Source of the DNA: an uncultured Odoribacter sp.
GTDB taxonomy: Bacteria > Bacteroidota > Bacteroidia > Bacteroidales > Prolixibacteraceae
DNA: 64,000 nt
NCBI GenBank assembly: GCA_964422425.1
Contig: CAYRBM010000001.1
Coordinates: 22,701-86,700 of the forward strand
Direction: 5' to 3'
In this document: positions 56,557-64,000 of the stretch, one piece after another
Position numbering within the stretch: the stretch's first letter is position 1
Layout: each line of letters begins with the position of its first letter
Position numbers and translations under genes: made by a program
The notes under the pieces: generated by a model
Seen by the model: the letters and a program-made list of their open reading frames with translations, nothing else
Database searches by the model: none
Told to the model about the DNA's origin: nothing

Positions 56557-59268
56557 TTATCTCATTACTTTGATGGCCCTTGCCGAGCCGTTGGTTTGTA
56601 TGGCCTGTACGATGTAAATGGTTCCGGGGTTTGTACGACCTCCCAACAGCACCACATCGCCTGCGACCCATACTTCCTGAAGCAGTCGTCCGGTTAGATC
56701 GTAAAGCCTCACTTGCCGGGTATTTTCGGGCAGATTTCGCACACAGATGCGGTCACTTCCGGAGTCATAAAATGCAGTGAAAGAACTGCCTTTATTCAAT
56801 AGTTGGGCAGAAGTAGCCAGCGGTAGCATTTTTACGTCGTCCACATAAATGGTCAGTTCCTTCTCCTGAAAGGCTTCTGTGCTATTTCGTTCCGGAGTTA
56901 TGAGCAAATAACCCGATGGCGTGAAACTGAAATTCGACAAATCTTTTTGGCCAACAGCAAACTGTGCAGTGCGCCATTGTGCCGTTGAGTAATTGGCCGT
57001 TTGCTCGTATGGATCGGTAAAATCCACATATAGGTAATTACTACTGCTCCCATCATAAATGCGCACGCCGATTTTGCCCGGAGCATTTTTGTAATACTTA
57101 AATTCGATCACCGAACTTGCGCTGACCCGCAAATCGTAACCGTAGGCCTGAGCTCCGCGATAAGTCACCTGCCCGGCATTGGCCGGCGTGATGTATTCGC
57201 TGTCGTCTTGTCGTTTGATTCTCAAAACCTTGTCGCTGGTGTTGATTCCGCTTTTGAACGGGTTGGTTACCACTTCACCCAAAATGGCTTTTGCGGTTCC
57301 GTTGGACGGCGGGTTCATCTTCCAGCTCACGAAACCGCTCGAAGAGGTTCCAAGAGCGAACGATTCAAAATTTTCGTCCATTGGAATACCGGCAGTACTC
57401 AAATCCAGTCCGTTCAGGATCGGATCACCAGCCGGTACCATCTTTACCGTAATAGTCTGTGTAGCTCCGGCGGCAACCTTAAATTCGAAACCGGTGAAAT
57501 ACGAATCGGAGTTTTGTTCTTCGTAGGTGGTGGATGGTTTGGTGCTCCAGGCTTTGGCCTCCACCTGATCGGTTCCGTCAAAAATCAGGTAAAGCGCTTT
57601 GTTCGACTGGTTGAGTTTGATGATTTTATTGCTGACTTTCTGCGGAACAGCCTGTGTTGCCAGATTCCAGCGAACAGTCAACTGACTGGCTTTGGCCTTG
57701 ATTTCGTCTTTGATTTCGGCATACCGGTTGGAAACAATGGTGCCGGTTCGGCGACAACTGGCCACATCGTTCTGGTAAAGCGGAGTCAGATTGAGTTCCA
57801 CTGATTTCAGATCGGTTGTATTCACCAGGTTTTCCATCAATGAATTTCCGGTGACCAATTGTTTGTTCCCGTTAATCGTGAGGGTGTTGTGTGCCATGTT
57901 GTTGTACCTGAATACGTCCCAACGTTCGGAAGTTTGACTCATGTTCCACAAATCCACACCGTTGGTTTCGAGTGAGTTGTAATCGCTCATGCCCAAATCC
58001 ATCGCCCAGCGAACATCGTTGGCCTCCATCACAAACGAACCAATATCCATGTGCGCGTGGTTTGCCGACGGGGTTCCGCCTTTCACAGCCAGGAAAATAT
58101 CGTTGGCGCTCCAGCCCGAACGCATTGCGGTAACCGCACTTTTACCCTGTGCCAGATAAGTCGTTTCAGCAGGGGCAGGCAAATCGGAGAGCGATAAATT
58201 CATGCTCCAGATGAGCAGGAAAGGCAACAAGCGGTTGTTGGTTAATCCTGAAGGGCTGTTGTCGAGCGAAAACACCAGTTTCTGTAATTCGCCGTATAAA
58301 CAATTTTGGTTTCCGGAGCGGGCCGCCAGCCAGAACATTCCGGGCAAAACGCCAATTCCGGAGCCACAATCGGCAAAATTGAACGGCAGCGGATTAATCG
58401 ATTTTAACGCGCCACTGCTCAATTGTTTGGTCGCATTACCCTGCATGTGGGTCACAAAATTGACGGTACTCAAAAAGCCTTCCATCGCCAGCAATTCGCG
58501 GTCGGTGTTCCACATTCGTTGCAGCAAATCGATAAACAGGATGTTGAAGGTTGTTCCGTAATCCCAGTAGCCCATTCCTTCAGGATAAGCGCCGTTGTAT
58601 TTGTAAACGCCCATCGGGATTTTGATGGAAGTTACTGCGCGATCAATCAGGGTCTGGTAATAGGTCGGATTTTCGTCGAAAACTGCGGCCACACCGGCTG
58701 AAATTCCGGCGTTGCACACCTGATTCCAGTTGTTGTCGCTGGTTAGCCACGATTGATTGGCTGATTTCTCGATTCCCTTTGTCTTGATAGCCGAGGCAAT
58801 GGTTGTACGAGAATTGGCGCTTAAATAACCATAAAGCCAGTCGTAGCCAATGGCCATCGCCAACGTCATTTCGCCCACATCGAGAAAATGGGATGGATTC
58901 CAGTCGACAAACGCCGCCATACCCAGCATCTCGGTTTCGGCGCGTGCGGCATAGCGGGCGTCGCCGGTCATCCGGTAGGCATAGCTCAAAAAACTGATTC
59001 GGCGGATAGCTTCGCGAGACACCGAAAGCAGGCGTTTACCGGTTAAAACCCTTTGCTGAATTGAAAGGGTGAGCATTTTGTCGCTCTCGGCGATCATCAG
59101 GTCGTGTACCCGTTTGAGAACCGGAGTTGAATTGATTTTGGTTTTTAAAGCCGCTTCGTCGGCCGAAAGAAAAAATAACCGGGGATGTCCGGCTAAAGGA
59201 TAGGTGGTTTGACCATTTACGGTTAAAATCAGCCCGATCAGATTCAAGATTATCAGTAGTTTTTTCAT
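56557..59268 (-). CDS. Heparinase II/III family (PL35-like) lyase with extra beta-sandwich domain and T9SS C-terminal domain
   Basis: Same motifs as the neighbouring paralog (WNPSHFLD, NNWNQVCN, NHAHMD); C-terminal VRLYDLTGRLL...IYIV...KVMR; start MKKLL (ATG 59268). Confidence 0.82.
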   Translation of the reverse strand: MKKLLIILNLIGLILTVNGQTTYPLAGHPRLFFLSADEAALKTKINSTPVLKRVHDLMIAESDKMLTLSIQQRVLTGKRLLSVSREAIRRISFLSYAYRMTGDARYAARAETEMLGMAAFVDWNPSHFLDVGEMTLAMAIGYDWLYGYLSANSRTTIASAIKTKGIEKSANQSWLTSDNNWNQVCNAGISAGVAAVFDENPTYYQTLIDRAVTSIKIPMGVYKYNGAYPEGMGYWDYGTTFNILFIDLLQRMWNTDRELLAMEGFLSTVNFVTHMQGNATKQLSSGALKSINPLPFNFADCGSGIGVLPGMFWLAARSGNQNCLYGELQKLVFSLDNSPSGLTNNRLLPFLLIWSMNLSLSDLPAPAETTYLAQGKSAVTAMRSGWSANDIFLAVKGGTPSANHAHMDIGSFVMEANDVRWAMDLGMSDYNSLETNGVDLWNMSQTSERWDVFRYNNMAHNTLTINGNKQLVTGNSLMENLVNTTDLKSVELNLTPLYQNDVASCRRTGTIVSNRYAEIKDEIKAKASQLTVRWNLATQAVPQKVSNKIIKLNQSNKALYLIFDGTDQVEAKAWSTKPSTTYEEQNSDSYFTGFEFKVAAGATQTITVKMVPAGDPILNGLDLSTAGIPMDENFESFALGTSSSGFVSWKMNPPSNGTAKAILGEVVTNPFKSGINTSDKVLRIKRQDDSEYITPANAGQVTYRGAQAYGYDLRVSASSVIEFKYYKNAPGKIGVRIYDGSSSNYLYVDFTDPYEQTANYSTAQWRTAQFAVGQKDLSNFSFTPSGYLLITPERNSTEAFQEKELTIYVDDVKMLPLATSAQLLNKGSSFTAFYDSGSDRICVRNLPENTRQVRLYDLTGRLLQEVWVAGDVVLLGGRTNPGTIYIVQAIQTNGSARAIKVMR

Positions 59269-59286
59269 TTTCAATTTAATTGGCCG

Positions 59287-59316
59287 CCTCCCCCAACCCC
59301 TCCAAACGGAGGGGAG
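59287..59316. repeat. REP-like hairpin (cctcccccaacccctccaaacggaggggag)
   Basis: C-rich leader plus cccctcc-aaac-ggagggg stem; dispersed palindrome type. Confidence 0.55.
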
Positions 59317-59430
59317 AAAAAACCAGCATTCGTGGGTATTCGTTTTCAATAATTATCTATCATTCCTTTTAAAAACAGCATGTTCTTTCAAAATTCAGTC
59401 GTTCCGAATTTTTACTGCCCTGGGGGCTTC

Positions 59431-61581
59431 CTACAACTCAATCGTCACACTTTTTCCGGCATAAACGGTTTGTGGCAGGTCGATGGCAAAGTCGGTTGTG
59501 CATTTCTTTTCATTCCAGATTGCCCGAAAATGATCGCCCGTTTTTTCAAATTTTCCGGTCAATGTCAGGTGCATTCTTCGCAGTTTGCGCGATGGATCGG
59601 CCACCGAAATTTGCTTCACCGCGCCATCTTCCATTTTTACCATCACAATGCCCGGGGTGTCGCTGCCAATTTTCAGGTTCGCGCCCAATTCCATTTCTCC
59701 GGAAGTATGAAAAATCATCTGTCCGATATTCAGTCCGGAGTGCATTACTGCCTGCATTTGCGGTGTATTGGCCAAAATCAGGATATTCCGGCTGGTATTG
59801 CGTTCGAGCTCGGCCGTGGTTGCTCCGGGCACAACGATGTACTGGTAAGCGGCATTGCTGGCCGACGGACCGTGATCAATCCAGAGTTTAAACACTTCGA
59901 GACTCATCTCTTCCTTGGGCGAATCGGTTTGCCGGTTGATACTAAACCAGCTTCCGGTTTGCGCCTGATTCGACAAATTCACTTTTTGTGCTTCGGGAAA
60001 TACATAACCAATGCCGTCGTGCAAAATCCAGTTCACCTGTTCCAGTTGCCGTTCGCCTTTGGAAACTGTTTTTTGCCCTTGGCCGGTTTTGATCACCACA
60101 TCGCCGTTCAGCAAACACTGGTTAAGCGTGGTCGCCAGCGGAAGTTTCGAAGCTGCCGAAATGCCGGTACCCAAACAAACGTATTCGTTGTCGAAGAAAA
60201 ACCATGCTTTTTTGGCAGAAACCGGATCGTGCGGACTTTTGAAATCGTAGGCAACCGCCCCGTATTTCCCATCGGTTACCGCCCCAACGAATTCGGTCAG
60301 GCCTTTCTTCTGGATTTCGTTTTCTGCAGGCATTGCCGGTTTTTGAAGGATGGTGGCTCCGGGTATTTTCTGCCAGTCGAAGACCGGTGCGATATTCAGG
60401 TATTCCAGCCCGGTCACCGAAATGTGGTTGGTTCCGTCGCCGCGATGGTGATTTTTCAAACCTTCGCTGTTGTAGGGCACTTCCATGTTGTCGTTTCGCA
60501 CAGAGTGCATGCGTACCGATGCAAAATAACCGGGTCGCTGGTGCACGTAATGCTCGGTCTGCCAAAAGAACTTGTCGAATGACGGGTATTGTGCCAGCTC
60601 TCCATTCCTGATTTTCACGATCTGAATCAGCTCATCTTTCCGGTAATCCGATACGGTAATTAATCGTTCCGGAGAGGTGGTTCCCATCGCGTTTTCGTCG
60701 TCGGCGCGAGAAATATCACGGTTTTTGGTGCCGGTATCTTCGTATTTCCCATACACCATCTGCTTGCAAATGCCATCGAGGTAATAGTCAGTGAGCTGTT
60801 TGACTTTTTCCTGCGAGAATGCATATTTGGTGCCTGCCACATAAGCGGCCCATTCGGCAAAAGCATCGGCATAGCCAGTACCGTACGAAAGGGTATTGTT
60901 CACGCGGTCCTCGCGGTGATGGAAGCTATAGTCGTGCTGCATTCCGCGCTGTCCTGTGGCAAACTTTATTTCGCCTTCAATTACTTTCATCGCTTCGGCA
61001 AATTGGGGTTCATCGCCCAAAAACAAAAGATTCTTTGCCAGGATTCCGGCAATTTTGATGCGGTCGCCACTCGGGCGGGCGCCTGAAGCATTTAAATGTG
61101 CCCGACCAATAATCGGCTGCGCCTTTTGAACCAGGTCGGCAGGCAATTCATTGCCCATCATTAGCATCAGGTAAACCAGGTTTGACGGGGTGCCAATCTG
61201 GTTGGGGTGCCAGTTGTCGCAGATGTAATCCTTCTCCACCCAGTGTTTCAATGCCAATTCGATGGCACTTTTCACCTTCTTGCTTTTATAAAATGCCGAT
61301 GTTTTGGTTTTGTATGCACGTGCCATGACTACCATATTCGCATGGTGATGACGGTTTTCAAACCCTTCGCGCGACACATCCACATAATTGATATCCGGCC
61401 ATGTGCCATCAGGCTTTATTGTCGCCACAAGTTCTTTCACTTTTGCATCGTTCACCGGCGGAGCCATCAACTCGGTCACTATTTTTTTCCGGATTAATTC
61501 AAATTCAGGAGAAGCACAAAAGCCGGCCTTTGCCAACAGCAAAAGTGAAATGATGACCGCCGTCTGGAAAATTCGTTTCAT
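59431..61581 (-). CDS. PL8 lyase with divergent active-site motifs
   Basis: GTWPDINY, DNWHPNQIG, SFHHR...SYG, FDWQKIPGAT, FVGAVTDG; start MKRIF (ATG 61581). Confidence 0.82.
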   Translation of the reverse strand: MKRIFQTAVIISLLLLAKAGFCASPEFELIRKKIVTELMAPPVNDAKVKELVATIKPDGTWPDINYVDVSREGFENRHHHANMVVMARAYKTKTSAFYKSKKVKSAIELALKHWVEKDYICDNWHPNQIGTPSNLVYLMLMMGNELPADLVQKAQPIIGRAHLNASGARPSGDRIKIAGILAKNLLFLGDEPQFAEAMKVIEGEIKFATGQRGMQHDYSFHHREDRVNNTLSYGTGYADAFAEWAAYVAGTKYAFSQEKVKQLTDYYLDGICKQMVYGKYEDTGTKNRDISRADDENAMGTTSPERLITVSDYRKDELIQIVKIRNGELAQYPSFDKFFWQTEHYVHQRPGYFASVRMHSVRNDNMEVPYNSEGLKNHHRGDGTNHISVTGLEYLNIAPVFDWQKIPGATILQKPAMPAENEIQKKGLTEFVGAVTDGKYGAVAYDFKSPHDPVSAKKAWFFFDNEYVCLGTGISAASKLPLATTLNQCLLNGDVVIKTGQGQKTVSKGERQLEQVNWILHDGIGYVFPEAQKVNLSNQAQTGSWFSINRQTDSPKEEMSLEVFKLWIDHGPSASNAAYQYIVVPGATTAELERNTSRNILILANTPQMQAVMHSGLNIGQMIFHTSGEMELGANLKIGSDTPGIVMVKMEDGAVKQISVADPSRKLRRMHLTLTGKFEKTGDHFRAIWNEKKCTTDFAIDLPQTVYAGKSVTIEL

Positions 61582-61670
61582 AAAAATTGTTCTTTCTTTT
61601 ATATTTCTGAAAAACAAGACATTCCTCTTATACACCCCGTTTTTTAACTCCCTTCTAAATATTTATTCCA

Positions 61671-61797
61671 TTCCGTCCGAAAAAGAAAAACGCCTTGCCA
61701 GACTTCATCTCGCGGACGGTTATCACCTTGTCCTTATTAACCCCGGGTTTCGTTTCACTTCACCCGGGGCTATTGATATTTTACCCCTTCCGGGGTA
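61671..61797 (-). repeat. Singlet (half) copy of the hairpin/CGTCCG-box repeat unit
   Basis: Reverse strand reads accccggaaggggt-aaaatatcaatagcc-ccggg...cccgggg, ~21 nt, ccgtccgcga, ~29 nt, tcggacggaa. Confidence 0.65.
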
Positions 61798-61873
61798 CAA
61801 AACAACTGTTTTCAATGTATTTCAGTACCTTCACTTTCATCAAATCATTAAACTGAACAGCATCTAAACGTTG

Positions 61874-63844
61874 TTATTTCGCCGGAGCAATTGTTAGAGT
61901 CTGGTTTCCTTTGACTCCCGGATTGATGAATTCAAACACTACACGCGTAACTCCGTTGGGCCAGTAGCGCTTCAGTGAGCGATCGTTCACCGGAATAAAC
62001 TCGATTTTGGGTTTCACCACTTTGGCATTATACGCCAAATCGAGGTTAAAACCGTCGCCTGCCAGCTTCAACATTCCGGGTTTCACTTCTGATACCTTGC
62101 AATAGGTAATCAGGTTTGAACTCGTTGAAGCACCTGTATTTTCGGCCAGTTCGTATTTGTCTGAAATCACAAAACTCTTGCTGCGGTTGAGGGTATAGCT
62201 GCGCACCCACGATTTTACTTTGGCATTTTCAGGATAAGCACCGGCAATGTCGGTAGTGAAAGTAGCCAATTTTGCACTCTTTGTAAACGTTGAATTTTTA
62301 GCCTTGAATTTGGCTCCTTCCTTTTGATCGACACCGTTGATGACGGGCAAATTGTGGTACCCCGACTGCATCGTCCAGATTTCGTAACGACGGCTGCTGA
62401 ATGTTTTGGCATTGTACTCTTCGCGGCCCAGGTCGATCAGGCAAGGTTTGCCGTCGTAGTACATCACACACGAACCGATGTCGTTGTGGTTGTGGCTTTC
62501 GGCATTAAATCCGCCCTTGGCGCCAAAGAAGAATCCCATGTAGCTTCCTTCCTGGTCACGTGCACCGGCAACTTCAGTGTCGGGCAGCCAAAAATCGGCC
62601 ACCAACGCTTCTTTAGCCTCGGCATTTTTTAGTTCGTTGAGCAACGTCAGATTTTTAATCTGGTCGCCAATTTTTCCGCCCAAACTGCCTTCTCCCCATT
62701 TGTTCAGTTTGCCCAGATAAGCGCCAAACTGCTGCATCACCGGATCGTTGATGGCTTTCCCGTATCGGTAAACCGAAGACGGACTTCCACCTGTAGTAGC
62801 ATCAGCGTCAGCAAAATTGATGAAGTACGGCGCATGAATATTTACCTGGTAGAAATATTTCCCGATGTTTTGCACCAGCGGATCGTCGAATACGTCGAAT
62901 TTGCCCCCGGTCGCGGTTTTGAGCACTTCCAGACTTTCGTAGAGCAAGGCACCAGCTGCACCCCAATAGGATGGTCCTTCGTCGCAACCGCCATCATCGG
63001 AATAGCCATTCAGGAATTTATCGAGCGAGTTGATTACTTTCTCCACCTGTGCCACTTTTCGTGCCGGATCCGATTCTATCAGTAAAAAGCAGTTCAGCAT
63101 GTTATAGTTGATCCACGGATTCCAGTTGTTCGGTCGTCCACCTTTAAAACCCATGTAGCCAAAATCATCCCGTTCGAAATATGGGTTCAATGCTTTGTTG
63201 CAGATTTCCTGTTTCAGGCGTTGCGAAATCAGCGGATGAACTTTATCAAACTCGTCTTTAAAAAGATACCAGGTCCACGACAGGTTGCTGGTTACTTCGC
63301 CAACGCCCAGATCGACGTAGGGCTGATTGATATCCGGAAGCCCCGATCCGGCTTTCTGAAACTGGCCGATGTGCGCCGACCAGCCCCACCAGGTTTGTTC
63401 GCTGTAGAACCAAACGCCGTTGATAATCTGGTCGAGGAAACGTCCTTTGCCCTCAACCAGTTCGCCCATCACCAGCGAGATCAGTGCGTTGCTGCAGGCC
63501 GCGTAAACGCCCTGACGCCTGTCGCCCGAACGGATAAATTCGAGGTAATCGGTTGCTTTCACCACCGGCCAGTCGTAACCGAGGTATTGCTCGGCTTTGG
63601 TGACATATTCGGCACGGATATTTTCAGGCAAACTTTGCCAGAACTGCCTGTTTTTGTAGTCAGGCAGTTTGTTCCATGAGTTATCGGTAATCAGCGATTT
63701 CGACAGGTCGATGGCTTTGGCTTCTTTCGCCAGGATGTTTCGTTCCTTGTTGGTCAGTTCGGCAATCGAGTATTTCGGGAAAGCCGAGAACATGATGGCC
63801 AAACAAATGGTGATCAGTATTGGTAGTTGGTTTCGTTTTGTCAT
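61874..63844 (-). CDS. Heparinase II/III family (PL33-like) lyase
   Basis: NNWNPWI, DGGCDEGPSYW, NFADA, KGGFNAESHNHNDIGS, YHNLP; start MTKRN (ATG 63844). Confidence 0.82.
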   Translation of the reverse strand: MTKRNQLPILITICLAIMFSAFPKYSIAELTNKERNILAKEAKAIDLSKSLITDNSWNKLPDYKNRQFWQSLPENIRAEYVTKAEQYLGYDWPVVKATDYLEFIRSGDRRQGVYAACSNALISLVMGELVEGKGRFLDQIINGVWFYSEQTWWGWSAHIGQFQKAGSGLPDINQPYVDLGVGEVTSNLSWTWYLFKDEFDKVHPLISQRLKQEICNKALNPYFERDDFGYMGFKGGRPNNWNPWINYNMLNCFLLIESDPARKVAQVEKVINSLDKFLNGYSDDGGCDEGPSYWGAAGALLYESLEVLKTATGGKFDVFDDPLVQNIGKYFYQVNIHAPYFINFADADATTGGSPSSVYRYGKAINDPVMQQFGAYLGKLNKWGEGSLGGKIGDQIKNLTLLNELKNAEAKEALVADFWLPDTEVAGARDQEGSYMGFFFGAKGGFNAESHNHNDIGSCVMYYDGKPCLIDLGREEYNAKTFSSRRYEIWTMQSGYHNLPVINGVDQKEGAKFKAKNSTFTKSAKLATFTTDIAGAYPENAKVKSWVRSYTLNRSKSFVISDKYELAENTGASTSSNLITYCKVSEVKPGMLKLAGDGFNLDLAYNAKVVKPKIEFIPVNDRSLKRYWPNGVTRVVFEFINPGVKGNQTLTIAPAK

Positions 63845-63894
63845 GATATGATATCTTTTTTGTTCGTAGATTTTTACAGCGTACAACAAACAAT

Positions 63895-64000
63895 TCAGAG
63901 TTTTCCCGTCAGTCTGACTTTAAGTTCACATTTCCCATTTTTTACCGTCCATGCCGGAATGCGGATTTCAATGCGTTTCAGGTTTTCGATGGTTTTGTCG
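63895..64000 (-). CDS. 3' end of an upstream gene (partial)
   Basis: Open frame DKTIENLKRIEIRIPAWTVKNGKCELKVRLTGKL* ending at TGA 63895-63897. Confidence 0.55.
   Translation of the reverse strand, partial: DKTIENLKRIEIRIPAWTVKNGKCELKVRLTGKL

Noticed and set aside
1-64000. Genome-wide reassignment of TAA as explanation for the susD stops
   Set aside because: TAA terminates many genes here at their expected ends (e.g. rpsP at 3184, susD at 1209, susC at 23091), so only a local effect is possible
1-64000. tRNA, rRNA, integrase, transposase or phage genes
   Set aside because: None recognised; intergenic gaps are short and accounted for

Overview
Bacteroidota DNA, inferred to be Prolixibacteraceae/Marinilabiliales-like from SusC/D genes, TAnnTTTG promoters, a long S16 and a T9SS C-terminal domain. 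The first ~6.5 kb holds the end of a PUL (susD, susE-like), rpsP-rimM, lemA/DUF3137 and a DUF2807 gene. From 6.5 kb to the end every gene lies on the minus strand and forms a very large glycan-degradation island. It contains an ECF sigma/FecR/SusC/SusD module with GH16, GH2, GH29 and sulfatases, preceded by a dense block of polysaccharide lyases (2x PL8, several heparinase II/III-type, a PL6+alginate-lyase fusion), BNR-4 propellers, GH31, GH28-like, CE15 and orphans. Most notable: (1) both susD genes carry a single in-frame TAA in a similar context (C-TAA-G.C-AA) near the N-/C-domain junction; (2) a structured intergenic repeat unit (hairpins plus fixed-spacing CGTCCG/CGGACG boxes) occurs as two inverted doublets and one singlet, with structure-preserving substitutions; (3) several lyases have unusual fusions or active-site motifs. 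All family calls come from motif recognition by eye, not from database searches.
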